A stretch of 64,000 nucleotides of DNA from a virus. The translations under genes were made by a program, and so were the position numbers. How positions within the stretch are numbered: the first letter of the stretch is position 1; the number at the start of each line of letters is the position of its first letter. The DNA is taken from the IMG/VR virus record IMGVR_UViG_3300003322_000796, positions 7,081 through 71,080 of that record; one strand, 5' to 3'. Shown piece after piece: positions 45,221-54,914 of this stretch. Under the pieces are notes generated by a model, which saw only the letters and a program-made list of their open reading frames with translations, was not told the DNA's origin and made no database searches.

Positions 45221-46624
45221 ATGAGTACACCGCCCGGATACGCGGGTAGCAACACCGACACCTCGGGCGTCTCCGGTAACACCGGCCCTGCTTCCCGGGG
45301 GACCCAGGACCGCGCCTCCGTCACGGAGACCGCGACTCCCGGGGGCGTCGGGGGTGACCCGGACACCGGACTCGCGCCGGACCCGAACACCCAGATGAAC
45401 GGCACGCCGGACACCTCGGGCACCAACGCCGCGTCCGGTCCGTACACCCCCGTTCCCCCGCCGCTTCTCTCCGGCACCGTGGCCACGGACATGGTCGGCT
45501 GGCCGCAGACTCCCGGCGTCACCCAGGCCTACCGGGCCCCCACCCAGGGGATCGGGTACATGGGGGCCGCCGGGTCGGCGGACACCACCTGGACCGACCG
45601 GCCGATCTCGGACGGCTCCACGCGCCCGGACTACGTCCAGAACATGACCGGCACCCTGGACTCGTACTACATCGGCGCCAACGGAGCGAACGGCCCCGGC
45701 ACCTCCAGCCTGATCCCGGTCGCCCCCTCCGGCACGCCCACCGTGGCGACGGGCCCCCGCTCGGTCACCGTCACCTGGGCGGCCGTCGCCGACCCGGCTG
45801 CCACGGCGCCGGTGCTCGGGTACGTCATCCTCGGCTCCACCGGCGGTACGACCTTCGTCGGCGACAACGTCACCTCCGCCGTGGTCACCAACCTGGACCC
45901 GGGCCAGACCTACAAGTTCCGGGTGGCCGCGCGGAACAAGAACGGCGTGGGCCCCTACGGCTCCCTGTCGGCCGCTGTACGCCCGTACAACCCGGACGAG
46001 GCCGACGCCCTCAACCCGGGCGGTCTGGACCCGTACTGGAAGCAGAACCCGATCTACAACGCGGACGGCTCGATCAAGTCCGGCACGGGTACGGCGGGCC
46101 AGCCGGGTGCCCCCACGGGCGTGGTCCTCTCCGGCACTACGACCCCGGGCGTGGTCAACGTCAACTGGACGGCTCCGGCCTCCGGCGGCAACGTCCTGAG
46201 CTACACCGTGACCCTGTCCAGCGGCCAGACGAAGTCGGTCGCGAACAACGTCACCACGGCGCAGTTCACGGGCGTCACCAGCGCCACGGCCATCACCGGC
46301 ACGGTCACCTCGGAAGGCGCGGTCACGGACGCCACGTCCAGCCCCTCGGCCTCCTTCGGCAAGCCGACGGCTCCGGCCGCTCCGGTGGCCTCCAGCCCCT
46401 CGGCCGGTGTGGTCCGCCTGACCTGGACCGCCCCGTCCTCGGGTGCTCCGCTGAACTACATCCTGACCCTCTCCAACGGCTCTACGGCCACGGTGGCGGG
46501 CAACATCCTCACGTACGACTTCACCGGCCAGACCACCGGCCAGTCGCGTACGGGCACCGTGGGCGCACAGGGCTCGGTCTCCACGACCACTTCCGCCGCG
46601 TCCAACTCCGTCACGGTCGCCTGA
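45221..46624 (+). CDS. fibronectin type III / Ig-domain virion protein
   Basis: SVTVTW...GY...VTNLDPGQTYKFRVAARN..GVG; two further Fn3-like repeats. Confidence 0.88.
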   Translation: MSTPPGYAGSNTDTSGVSGNTGPASRGTQDRASVTETATPGGVGGDPDTGLAPDPNTQMNGTPDTSGTNAASGPYTPVPPPLLSGTVATDMVGWPQTPGVTQAYRAPTQGIGYMGAAGSADTTWTDRPISDGSTRPDYVQNMTGTLDSYYIGANGANGPGTSSLIPVAPSGTPTVATGPRSVTVTWAAVADPAATAPVLGYVILGSTGGTTFVGDNVTSAVVTNLDPGQTYKFRVAARNKNGVGPYGSLSAAVRPYNPDEADALNPGGLDPYWKQNPIYNADGSIKSGTGTAGQPGAPTGVVLSGTTTPGVVNVNWTAPASGGNVLSYTVTLSSGQTKSVANNVTTAQFTGVTSATAITGTVTSEGAVTDATSSPSASFGKPTAPAAPVASSPSAGVVRLTWTAPSSGAPLNYILTLSNGSTATVAGNILTYDFTGQTTGQSRTGTVGAQGSVSTTTSAASNSVTVA

Positions 46625-46637
46625 CCTGACGGCGCGC

Positions 46638-46669
46638 AGAAGCCCCGGGGACCTGAACCCGGGGCTTCT
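46638..46669 (+). terminator. terminator hairpin
   Basis: AGAAGCCCCGGG...CCCGGGGCTTCT. Confidence 0.75.
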
Positions 46670-46701
46670 CGCACATCTGTTGGTAGCAGCGCAGGGTCCT
46701 C

Positions 46702-46735
46702 CTGTCGACCCTCCGGGATCACCCGGGAAGGGGTG
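46702..46735 (+). promoter_or_regulatory. late-promoter-like motif, copy 9
   Basis: CTGTCG-N20-AAGGGGTG. Confidence 0.75.
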
Positions 46736-46763
46736 AGGACCCCCACGAGAGGAACGGGAGCGG

Positions 46764-47426
46764 ATGTCCACCACAAGCCAGCGCATGGGGCTCAAGATCC
46801 CCGACGGGTCGGACCCGTTCCTGCGGACCGACTTCGTCCAGAACTACAACACTCTGGACAGCTACCCGGGTGTCCGGGTCTGCACGTCCACCACCCGGCC
46901 TACGTGGGGTGCCGGGCAGGCGGGCATGGTCATCATGGAGACCGACACCCGCCGGAACATGATGTGGACCGGCACCACCTGGCGCGAGCTGCTCACCGGA
47001 CCGGCGGTCTGGTGGGGCTCGATGCGTCCTCAGGTGATGATCGGCGCGGGCACCATGGTGACCTACGTCGTGGGCACCTTCACGGTCAACCGGCCCGGCT
47101 CTCTGGTCGGCATCACGACCACCGAGCACGCGCTCCCCTGCCGGGGGTACACCGGCGCCACGACCCGCGTCATGATCGACGGCTCGGACGCCAACTTCGA
47201 CGGCCCCAACCAGCACGGCGAGTTCGTGCAGACGGCTTTCCCCAACACCTCCACCTTCGGCACCGACCGGTGGTACCAGACGGTTGCCTCCCTGGGCGTC
47301 CGCAACATCTCCGCCGGTACGCATTCCATCGGCATCCGCGTCACCACCCAGGCGGGGGCCAACCAGCAGCTCAAGCTGACCTCCGTCCGGGCGCTGGCGA
47401 TGTTCGCCAACGGCACGGACCGCTAG
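46764..47426 (+). CDS. minor structural / fibre-associated protein
   Basis: MSTTSQRMGLKIPDGSD...N...LD N-terminus typical of fibre genes; beta-rich. Confidence 0.75.
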   Translation: MSTTSQRMGLKIPDGSDPFLRTDFVQNYNTLDSYPGVRVCTSTTRPTWGAGQAGMVIMETDTRRNMMWTGTTWRELLTGPAVWWGSMRPQVMIGAGTMVTYVVGTFTVNRPGSLVGITTTEHALPCRGYTGATTRVMIDGSDANFDGPNQHGEFVQTAFPNTSTFGTDRWYQTVASLGVRNISAGTHSIGIRVTTQAGANQQLKLTSVRALAMFANGTDR

Positions 47427-47434
47427 GAGCCCTC

Positions 47435-48304
47435 ATGGCCCTGTACTGGAACGACCGCAAGTACGTCAGCCAGTACGCCATCGATCCGGTGGGGATCAAG
47501 CTCGTCCGCAACCAGGTCCCCATCGACGCCGACGGCGACGTGACGGCGACGATGTTCTCCGAGACGACCGGCAACCAGGTCTTCACCCGTCCGGCCACCC
47601 ATGTGGCCACGGGGGAGTACGAGGTCTCCTTCTCCAGCGCGGAGACCTCGGTCCCGGGTTCGTACACCCTTACGTGGACGTACGCGGTCCTGGGCAACCA
47701 GGAGTACCTGGAGTCGGGGATCGAGATCGGTCCGGCCGCTCCGTCGTACGACTACCTGCCGGAGCCCTTCAAGGACCTCGTGGAGCAGACGGTCCTCCGG
47801 CTGGCCGACACGATCGACTCCCCGGGCGGCGGCCCGAACCTCACCACGTACGTGCAGTCGAAGTACGGACGCGGCCGGATCGCCGAGCTGATGCAGATCG
47901 CCCTGGGCCGCATGAACACCATGGCCCAGCCCTTCCAGACGTACACCCTGGACGGGGTCGGGGGAGCGGTCTTCCCGGTGGCTCAGTGGGGGCCGCTGCT
48001 GGGCACGCTCACCTGGATCGAAACCCTCAAGCACCTGATCCGCTCCTACACCGAGCAGCCGACCTTCATGGGCTCCGGGGATGTTTCCCGGCTCGACAGG
48101 CGTGACTACACGCAGCGCTGGAGAGACGTGCTCATGGAGGAGGAAGCGGCGGCCAAGAGCCAGTTGGACGTCTTCAAGATCGCCTCCATGGGTCTGGGCC
48201 GACCGGCCGTCTTGATCTCGGGCGGGGTGTATGGTCGATATGGGCCAACTCGTATGGCTGGTTCCGTTGCTGCCCGTCCGCGTTATTGGACGAGGTTCTA
48301 CTGA
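47435..48304 (+). CDS. head-tail adaptor / neck protein
   Basis: Start re-called at ATG 47435 after AGGAG; Ig-like N-half and helical adaptor-like C-half; position. Confidence 0.65.
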   Translation: MALYWNDRKYVSQYAIDPVGIKLVRNQVPIDADGDVTATMFSETTGNQVFTRPATHVATGEYEVSFSSAETSVPGSYTLTWTYAVLGNQEYLESGIEIGPAAPSYDYLPEPFKDLVEQTVLRLADTIDSPGGGPNLTTYVQSKYGRGRIAELMQIALGRMNTMAQPFQTYTLDGVGGAVFPVAQWGPLLGTLTWIETLKHLIRSYTEQPTFMGSGDVSRLDRRDYTQRWRDVLMEEEAAAKSQLDVFKIASMGLGRPAVLISGGVYGRYGPTRMAGSVAARPRYWTRFY

Positions 48305-48305
48305 G

Positions 48306-48521
48306 ATGGCCGGGCCCAAGAGGTCCTCGGTCGTCCAGAAGTGGTTCAACCTCGGTATGACCGGCGTCTGGGCCCTCCTGCTCATTCCCACCATGCTCTG
48401 GTGGAAGGAGTCGGTCCTCTGGGTCGCCATCATGTCCCTGTACGCGAACGTGGTGGGGCACTGGAGCGCCTACCAGGGCTCACGGGCAGAGATGGAGGCC
48501 GAGAATGGGAACGGCGGCTGA
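48306..48521 (+). CDS. small two-TM membrane protein
   Basis: VWALLLIPTMLWW...VLWVAIMSLYANVVGHW; start ATG 48306. Confidence 0.7.
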   Translation: MAGPKRSSVVQKWFNLGMTGVWALLLIPTMLWWKESVLWVAIMSLYANVVGHWSAYQGSRAEMEAENGNGG

Positions 48522-48543
48522 ACCGGCCACCAGGGCCCGTCTC

Positions 48544-48684
48544 ATGGGCTATGTGCGCACGGGGTGCATCAAGTGCGGCGGCTTCTCCAAGAAGATCGCG
48601 AGGAAGCCCCACGACTGCGCCCTCCGCAAGGAGGTCTCCCGGAGCACGGAGAAGCAGGAGTGGCGCCGGGCCCTGAGGTCCTGA
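48544..48684 (+). CDS. small basic CxxC...HxC protein (46 aa), not in the ORF track
   Basis: MGYVRTGCIKCGGFSKKIARKPHDC...; weak RBS. Confidence 0.45.
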   Translation: MGYVRTGCIKCGGFSKKIARKPHDCALRKEVSRSTEKQEWRRALRS

Positions 48685-48770
48685 TAGCGTCAGGGCATAG
48701 GCAGGTGAGGTGGTCCCTCCGCTGATCCTGCACCGTCGGAGAGAGGGATTTTTAAAATCCGGCGGCTTCC

Positions 48771-48807
48771 GTCAGCCCCTCCCGTATCCAGTCCGGGAGG
48801 GGCTGAC
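48771..48807 (+). terminator. terminator hairpin
   Basis: GTCAGCCCCTCCCG...CGGGAGGGGCTGAC. Confidence 0.7.
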
Positions 48808-48809
48808 GC

Positions 48810-48843
48810 ATGTCCGGATCAGGCCGAGTCCGGAGAAGGGGTG
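48810..48843 (+). promoter_or_regulatory. late-promoter-like motif, copy 10
   Basis: ATGTCC-N20-AAGGGGTG. Confidence 0.75.
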
Positions 48844-48865
48844 AAGACGAGCCCCTGGAGGACGC

Positions 48866-50635
48866 GTGTCGTACACGGTCACGATCAAGCCAGGCCTGTC
48901 CGGCGTCGCTCTCCCCGGAGGAGTCATCGCCGAGGGCGGACAGACCTACACCCTGACCGACGAGCAGTACCTGATGCTGAGCCCGACGGCGGCAGCAGCC
49001 CTGTTCTCCAACGTCAGCCACACGGGCGCCGGATCCAGCGCCTGGGAGTTCGACCCGACCGCGTACGGGGCCAAGGGCGACGGCCAGATCGTGGTGGACG
49101 GAGCCATGAACTCCGGCTTCCCGATCCTCACCTGCGCCACCTCCACGCCATTCGACCCGGACACCGACGTCAACAAGTACGTGCTGGTCAAGGGCGCAGG
49201 AGCGACCGGCATCACGAGCCACATCGCCCGCATCCAGAGCGTCACCGACAGCGGCCACGTGGTCCTCACGGCGAACGCGGCCACCACGGTCACCAACGCC
49301 GTGGTGCTCTTCGCCACCGACGACACGGCGGCCTTCCAGGCGGCCATCGACGCGGCCTTCGAGTACGGGCTCAGCCACAGCTACACGGGCACTCTGGACA
49401 TCCCGGCGGCCCCGGGGCTCTTCTACGGCATCGCGGGCCCGCTGGTGACCGGCGGCACCACCAAGGGCAACTCCCAGCTCACGATCCCGATCGTTCCGGC
49501 CACGGGGAACAAGTTCTCCTTCACGATCAAGGGCCCGGCCTCCGGAGCGAACGTCCAGCACTGGCAGCAGGTCGTCCCGCAGACCGGCGGAGCCACTCTG
49601 GTCTCCTTCTTCGTGCACGCCTCGGCCCCGGCCCAGATCACGAGCATCAACAACGGCGGCAACTCGGCCGTGATCGGCGGGCCCTCCCAGCCAGGCGGAT
49701 ACGGCGTGGCCCCGGGTGTCTTCAGCAACGTCAACGTCACCGTCGAGAACGTCTCGATCCTCACGTCCCACAGTGCGTACGGCCTGACCCTGAGCGCCCT
49801 GGACTTCTCCGGCATCGCCAACGCCTCGCTGAAGCACTTCGCGTACGGCACAGCGGGCTCGGTGACCGGCACGGACTACCAGAACCCCGGAGTCTTCGCG
49901 ACGGGCCTGTCCATCGGCGTCCTGATGCCCGCGAGCGGCAACAACGACCTGTGCGTGGTCGAGGACGTCACCTGCCACGGCGGCTACACGTACGGCTTCT
50001 TCGCCACCGAGCACTTCGACGGCAACAACATCCGGATTCTGTACTGCTGGGCGGCCTTCTGCCCGGTTGGCAGCTACTACTCCTCGGTAGGCGCCACCCA
50101 CGCGATCGTGGCCACGATGCTCTCGATCGAGGCCTGCACCTACCTGGTCTACATCATCGGATCCGGCTCCGGAGGCATCGGTCCGTTCATCCACCTCAGG
50201 ATCGACACCGAGACCTCCACCCCCAGGTTCGGCGACAACAACGGCGGCACGGGCCTGGCGAACGCCAAGGGCGACGTGGTCCTGACGGGCCTGTACACCG
50301 CCGCGAACGTCACCCTGGACAACCCGGTCGGCTTCGACATCCTGGACGGCCAGAAGTCCTACCCGGCGATCTCGGTCTCGGCGAACTACTCGGTGAAGAC
50401 CGCCGACGAGGTGGTCCTGGTGGACTGCACCGGCGCAGCCCGGACCGTCACCCTTCCCACGGCCGTCGGGCGCAACCGGCGCATTCTGCTGATGAAGGTG
50501 GACGCCAGCGCGAACAACCTCGTGGTGGCTACCACTTCCAGCCAGACCGTCAACGGCGCGGCCCCGGCGGCCATCACCTCCCAGTGGGCCTCCCGCGAGT
50601 ACATCCCCGTCGGAGGCAACTGGGTCGCCCGCTGA
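48866..50635 (+). CDS. tailspike-like protein with a glycosidase beta-helix domain
   Basis: FDPTAYGAKGDG...TDDTAAFQAAIDAA entry motif; C-terminal D.V.VD......VTLP.A.G...K.D.S.N domain. Confidence 0.82.
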   Translation: MSYTVTIKPGLSGVALPGGVIAEGGQTYTLTDEQYLMLSPTAAAALFSNVSHTGAGSSAWEFDPTAYGAKGDGQIVVDGAMNSGFPILTCATSTPFDPDTDVNKYVLVKGAGATGITSHIARIQSVTDSGHVVLTANAATTVTNAVVLFATDDTAAFQAAIDAAFEYGLSHSYTGTLDIPAAPGLFYGIAGPLVTGGTTKGNSQLTIPIVPATGNKFSFTIKGPASGANVQHWQQVVPQTGGATLVSFFVHASAPAQITSINNGGNSAVIGGPSQPGGYGVAPGVFSNVNVTVENVSILTSHSAYGLTLSALDFSGIANASLKHFAYGTAGSVTGTDYQNPGVFATGLSIGVLMPASGNNDLCVVEDVTCHGGYTYGFFATEHFDGNNIRILYCWAAFCPVGSYYSSVGATHAIVATMLSIEACTYLVYIIGSGSGGIGPFIHLRIDTETSTPRFGDNNGGTGLANAKGDVVLTGLYTAANVTLDNPVGFDILDGQKSYPAISVSANYSVKTADEVVLVDCTGAARTVTLPTAVGRNRRILLMKVDASANNLVVATTSSQTVNGAAPAAITSQWASREYIPVGGNWVAR

Positions 50636-50636
50636 C

Positions 50637-50670
50637 CTGTCCGGAAGAGCATCAGGCCGGTGAAGGGGTG
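50637..50670 (+). promoter_or_regulatory. late-promoter-like motif, copy 11
   Basis: CTGTCC-N20-AAGGGGTG. Confidence 0.75.
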
Positions 50671-50695
50671 AAAGGACCCCTTCACCGGAGGCGAC

Positions 50696-52228
50696 GTGGC
50701 CCGCTATCTGTTTCCCCAGGACCGCCTGGTCTTCCGCTACGGCGCTCCCGGCACCCCGCTGTACTCCCCGCAGGGGGAGACCCTGACGATCTACGCCGAT
50801 TCGGCAGGCACCGTCCCGGCCAGCCTTCAGCTCCCTGACGGCACGCAGACGGACAACGTCCTGGACATCGGGCCGGACTGCCTGATCCCCGAGTTCAAGG
50901 GTCCCGACACCGCCACCACGGTGTGGGCCAAGGACCGGCTCGGCACCCTCACGCCCCTGTACGCCCAGACCGGCCAGTTCCTCGCCGGTACCGTGGCGGC
51001 CGTCTCCTCGGTGAACGGGGAGGTGGGCGCTGTCGTTCTGGACGCGGCCGACGTGGGCGCCTACCCCCAGGCCGACGGCACGGCCCTTGCCGGTCGGGTC
51101 ACCGCAGTGGAGACCGGCCGCCTGCTGGTGGCCAACAACCTCTCCGACCTGAGCAACCCTTCGGCCGCACGGGCGAACCTGAGCCTGGGTAACGCAGCCA
51201 CTCGCTCGGTCGGCACCACGAGCAGCACCGTGGCGGCCGGTGACGCTCCCGCAGCAGCCGTCACCACGCACGTGGCGGCCTCCGACCCCCACGGGGACCG
51301 TGCGTACACCACGACGTCCGTAGCAACTCACTCGGCGGCTGCGGATCCCCATGGTGACCGGGCCTTCACGACGTCTGCCGTCGCCACTCACACGGGCGCC
51401 ACGGACCCTCACGGGGACCGCACATTCGCCTCCTCGGCGGTCGCCACGCACGCGGCAGCAACAGACCCCCACGGGGACCGGGCGTACGCCGACACGGCCA
51501 AGCTGGCCAAGAGCGCCAACCTCTCGGACCTCAGCAGCGCGGCCACCGCCCGGACCAACCTGGGCCTGAGCGCGATTGCCACGGCGTCCTTCGGCACCAC
51601 GGCGGGCACCGTGACGCAGGGCAACGACGCGCGTCTGAGCAATGCCCGTACGCCGACCGCTCACGCCGCCTCACACGCCGCTGTGGGCTCCGACCCGGTC
51701 ACGGTGGAGCAGAGCCAGGTAACGGGCCTCACGGCCGCCCTGGGAGACCTCCTGCCCAAGGCCGGGGGCACGGTGACCGGTGCCCTGACCGTCAACGGCT
51801 ACAGCACCTTCCAGGGCGGTCAGTTCAACGGGGACTTCGCCTCCTTCGGAGACCTCTCCCTGATCGGCACCGGCAAGGCCTACCGGCTCCGGCGCGGAGG
51901 CGGCGGCTTGGACTTCGAGGGTGCCGGAGCCGACATGATCGTCAGTATGTGGTCCGGCGGTGACTTCACCGGGACCCAGCGCTCCTACATCCGCCTCGCA
52001 CCAGACGCCCTGGCCGCTCAGATCGCGGGCAAGGTCGAATTCGTGGACGGCTTGTACGGCTCGGCCAAGCACGTCCTGGACGGCACCGCCAACCAGGTGG
52101 GCTTCTACGGGGCCGCTCCCGTCGCCAAGCCCACCGTGACGGGCTCCAGGGCGGACGGTACGGCCCTCCAGAGCCTGCTGACCGCTCTGGCCACCCTGGG
52201 CCTCATCACCAACTCCACGACGGCCTAG
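50696..52228 (+). CDS. tail fibre protein
   Basis: VSSVNG..G.V.L; ANNLSDL...AR.NL.LG repeats; four H..A.DPHGDR repeats. Confidence 0.85.
   Translation: MARYLFPQDRLVFRYGAPGTPLYSPQGETLTIYADSAGTVPASLQLPDGTQTDNVLDIGPDCLIPEFKGPDTATTVWAKDRLGTLTPLYAQTGQFLAGTVAAVSSVNGEVGAVVLDAADVGAYPQADGTALAGRVTAVETGRLLVANNLSDLSNPSAARANLSLGNAATRSVGTTSSTVAAGDAPAAAVTTHVAASDPHGDRAYTTTSVATHSAAADPHGDRAFTTSAVATHTGATDPHGDRTFASSAVATHAAATDPHGDRAYADTAKLAKSANLSDLSSAATARTNLGLSAIATASFGTTAGTVTQGNDARLSNARTPTAHAASHAAVGSDPVTVEQSQVTGLTAALGDLLPKAGGTVTGALTVNGYSTFQGGQFNGDFASFGDLSLIGTGKAYRLRRGGGGLDFEGAGADMIVSMWSGGDFTGTQRSYIRLAPDALAAQIAGKVEFVDGLYGSAKHVLDGTANQVGFYGAAPVAKPTVTGSRADGTALQSLLTALATLGLITNSTTA
51269..51490 (+). repeat. four imperfect 60-bp tandem repeats encoding HxxAxDPHGDRx(F/Y)
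   Basis: GACCCC/GATCCC-CACGGGGACCG recurs every 60 bp. Confidence 0.8.
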
Positions 52229-52236
52229 GAGGACCT

Positions 52237-52953
52237 GTGGCACCCCTCGGTATCCCCCAGCCGTCCCCGACCCTTCCGGCGTCCCGGGCGACTCATCAGC
52301 CGTACTACGTCCGCCAGCCCCAGCGCTGGGCCGTCGACCAGGAGCGCCAGCGCCACCTCCAGGCGCTGTACACCATCGGCGAGTGGACGATGTTCTGCCT
52401 GATGTGGCACCTGGACGATTACGAGAAGGGACTCGTCGGCCGGTGCCAGGAGTGCTACGTCGACTCCCGGTACGCCCAGGCGTACAAGCAGGGCGAGCGC
52501 ACCAAGTGCCCGAGCTGCTACAACACGACCTTCGAGGGCGGCTTCCGCGCGATCATTGTGCGACCGGCGATCTTCTCGGACTCCGATGAGAACCTCCAGC
52601 CGCAGCAGCGAGGCATCGTGGCCACGGACCAGCTCGACATGGAGTCCACTCCTGACTTCCGAGTCAGGACGGGGGACTACTGCTTCCGCTCCACAGGCCA
52701 CCGGTTCTTCCTGAGGGTCCCTAAGCGAGTCACCCTGCGCACGGGCTTCGCGACCCCGTACCAGCGCTCGATGGCCATCGGCTACAACCACGCGCGGGCC
52801 TCTCTGGAGGACCACAACACGGTGGCGTACATGATCCCTCCGGTCGAGGAAGACCTGATCCAGATCTTGAACATCACCACTCCGGAACCGCTCTCCTTCG
52901 CGCAGTACGAGATCATCCGGTCCCCGCTCATCCCCGTTGACGACCTCGCTTAG
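52237..52953 (+). CDS. head-closure / neck protein with CxxC motifs
   Basis: RCQECY...KCPSCYNT; position before tail completion genes. Confidence 0.6.
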   Translation: MAPLGIPQPSPTLPASRATHQPYYVRQPQRWAVDQERQRHLQALYTIGEWTMFCLMWHLDDYEKGLVGRCQECYVDSRYAQAYKQGERTKCPSCYNTTFEGGFRAIIVRPAIFSDSDENLQPQQRGIVATDQLDMESTPDFRVRTGDYCFRSTGHRFFLRVPKRVTLRTGFATPYQRSMAIGYNHARASLEDHNTVAYMIPPVEEDLIQILNITTPEPLSFAQYEIIRSPLIPVDDLA

Positions 52954-52962
52954 GAGAGATGG

Positions 52963-54120
52963 ATGTCCACCCTGTGGGCCCAGGCCATGGCCTGGTTCGA
53001 CAACGACATAGACCATGAGTACGAGAGGGATCTCAGACCTGAGGGCGAGACTCTCCCGGAGCGGGGCAACCGGTACGTCAAGCAGATCTCGGACAACCAC
53101 GGCATCCCTGAAGATCAGGCCCGTGGGGTCGCCAAGACTCTCCTGGGTCACGTCAAGGGCGGGACGTCGGATCCCCGGGCGTACGGCTTCGCATCGGCGT
53201 CCGACACCCGGCACGACCACTACTCGATCCCGCAGAGCCGGGCCCTGATGGACCACCGGACCTGGGCGGGCAAGAAGCCCGAGCAGGTGGACCTCTCCCA
53301 GGGCGTGCACGCCACCCAGAACTACATCGACCCCAACCGGGTGGCGCACAACATCTTCCACCCTGGCAAGAAGGCTCCCTGGTACGAGCACCACGCCACC
53401 GGTGACCCCGACTACGACCCGTCCTGGGACGGTGACGAGGACGGAGAGGGTTCTGGTGTGGGGATGGACCACGACTCGGTCCAGAACCGCGCCCTGGAGA
53501 ACCACACCCGCTTCGTACGCCGCAACAACGGAGACCTGGAGGTCGCCGACGGCCATCACCGGGTCGCGGCGGACCTCCTGCTCGGCAAGACCCACACCCC
53601 GGGCGTGGTGATCCACGAGAACGAGCTGAACCGGCACGCCGAGCGCATGCAGCGGACGGGCGCCTGGGAGCAGGACTCCGCCGAGTCTCCCGAGACCCAC
53701 CCGGAGACGATGCCGGTGGAGGACGCGGGCTACGCCGGTTTCGTCTCCGGCACCGGGCTGCACGACAAGGGCGACAAGCCCCACCACATCAACGACGACC
53801 TGATGGATCACCTTCTGGGTCACAGTGGTAAGGACCTGAGGGCCATGTCCCAGGTCGGGAACATCTCGATCAAGGGAAGGCCGGTGTACGCGACCCAGAG
53901 TCATGTGACCGTACCTGGGGTTTTGAAGTACATCCAGAATCAGACTCACCCTGACCGAGAGAACATGCCGCGCTTCGTGCGGCACCAGGGGAACCTCTAC
54001 GTGGACGACGGCCACCACCGGGTCGGAGCGGCTCTCCTGCGGGGCGATGACCATGTCCACGGCTACTACTACAACGCGGACAAACACGGCTTCCCGGAGC
54101 CGAAGTGGGAGGCGAACTGA
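52963..54120 (+). CDS. protein with two ParB/sulfiredoxin-like domains
   Basis: Two copies of (V)ATQ...F.R......DGHHR.AA.LL.G (DGHHR at about 53548 and 54007). Confidence 0.8.
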   Translation: MSTLWAQAMAWFDNDIDHEYERDLRPEGETLPERGNRYVKQISDNHGIPEDQARGVAKTLLGHVKGGTSDPRAYGFASASDTRHDHYSIPQSRALMDHRTWAGKKPEQVDLSQGVHATQNYIDPNRVAHNIFHPGKKAPWYEHHATGDPDYDPSWDGDEDGEGSGVGMDHDSVQNRALENHTRFVRRNNGDLEVADGHHRVAADLLLGKTHTPGVVIHENELNRHAERMQRTGAWEQDSAESPETHPETMPVEDAGYAGFVSGTGLHDKGDKPHHINDDLMDHLLGHSGKDLRAMSQVGNISIKGRPVYATQSHVTVPGVLKYIQNQTHPDRENMPRFVRHQGNLYVDDGHHRVGAALLRGDDHVHGYYYNADKHGFPEPKWEAN

Positions 54121-54122
54121 TC

Positions 54123-54908
54123 ATGAGTCTGCTGTGGAGGACCGCTGTCCGTCGGACGGCCGCCTGGGAGCCTGCGGACTCCGAGGAGCACATACACCCG
54201 GACGATCTGGAGGGCGGCTACTACCCGCACGGATCCATCGACTCGCCCCACCTCACGCACCACGACGTGTTCGGGGACGGCTCCCACGTCCGCAAGATGT
54301 CTGAGGACATCAAGCAGAACGGCTACGACCCGGCCAAGCACGGCCAGCTCGGGCTGAACCTCACCGACCACGGCGAGAACATCTACAACCACGCCGCCGG
54401 GTCCATGGCCCACCCGGACAAGCCGCACTACAACCACGAGCACCTGCTCAAGGCCCTGAAGGACTCCGGCCACGGGGAAGTGCCGGTCCACATCCACGAC
54501 CAGCGCTCGGACGAGGGCGGAGACCCGGCGCCCCGGTACTGGCACGGGACCACGGCGGAGGACCTGGAGCGGGTTGACCCGAACCATTCCACCCGGGGCA
54601 ACTTCGGGAACAACCTGGGTGTGCACGAGCCCGGCTATGCGTACGCCACAAGCCGCTCCAGCGCGGAGCACTACGCCAACATGGCGGCCCTGACCCACGG
54701 CGGCCGGGCGCACGTCTACGAGGTTTCTCCGCGCGGGCCCGTGGAGGAGGACCCCAAGATCGACAAGGGCGGCAACTGGCGCGGGGTCAACGAGGATGAC
54801 GTCCGTTCCAAGCACGGCTTCGACGTGATCGGGGAAGAGGATCTCGGCCACGACGAGCACGACGACGAGGACGAGGACCACTGGGACGACGAGGACCACG
54901 GGTGGTGA
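54123..54908 (+). CDS. degenerate ParB-like domain plus Arr-like ADP-ribosyltransferase domain
   Basis: YWHGT...YAYAT...A...A......HVYEV.PRGPVEEDP; start ATG 54123. Confidence 0.75.
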   Translation: MSLLWRTAVRRTAAWEPADSEEHIHPDDLEGGYYPHGSIDSPHLTHHDVFGDGSHVRKMSEDIKQNGYDPAKHGQLGLNLTDHGENIYNHAAGSMAHPDKPHYNHEHLLKALKDSGHGEVPVHIHDQRSDEGGDPAPRYWHGTTAEDLERVDPNHSTRGNFGNNLGVHEPGYAYATSRSSAEHYANMAALTHGGRAHVYEVSPRGPVEEDPKIDKGGNWRGVNEDDVRSKHGFDVIGEEDLGHDEHDDEDEDHWDDEDHGW

Positions 54909-54914
54909 TCTGAC

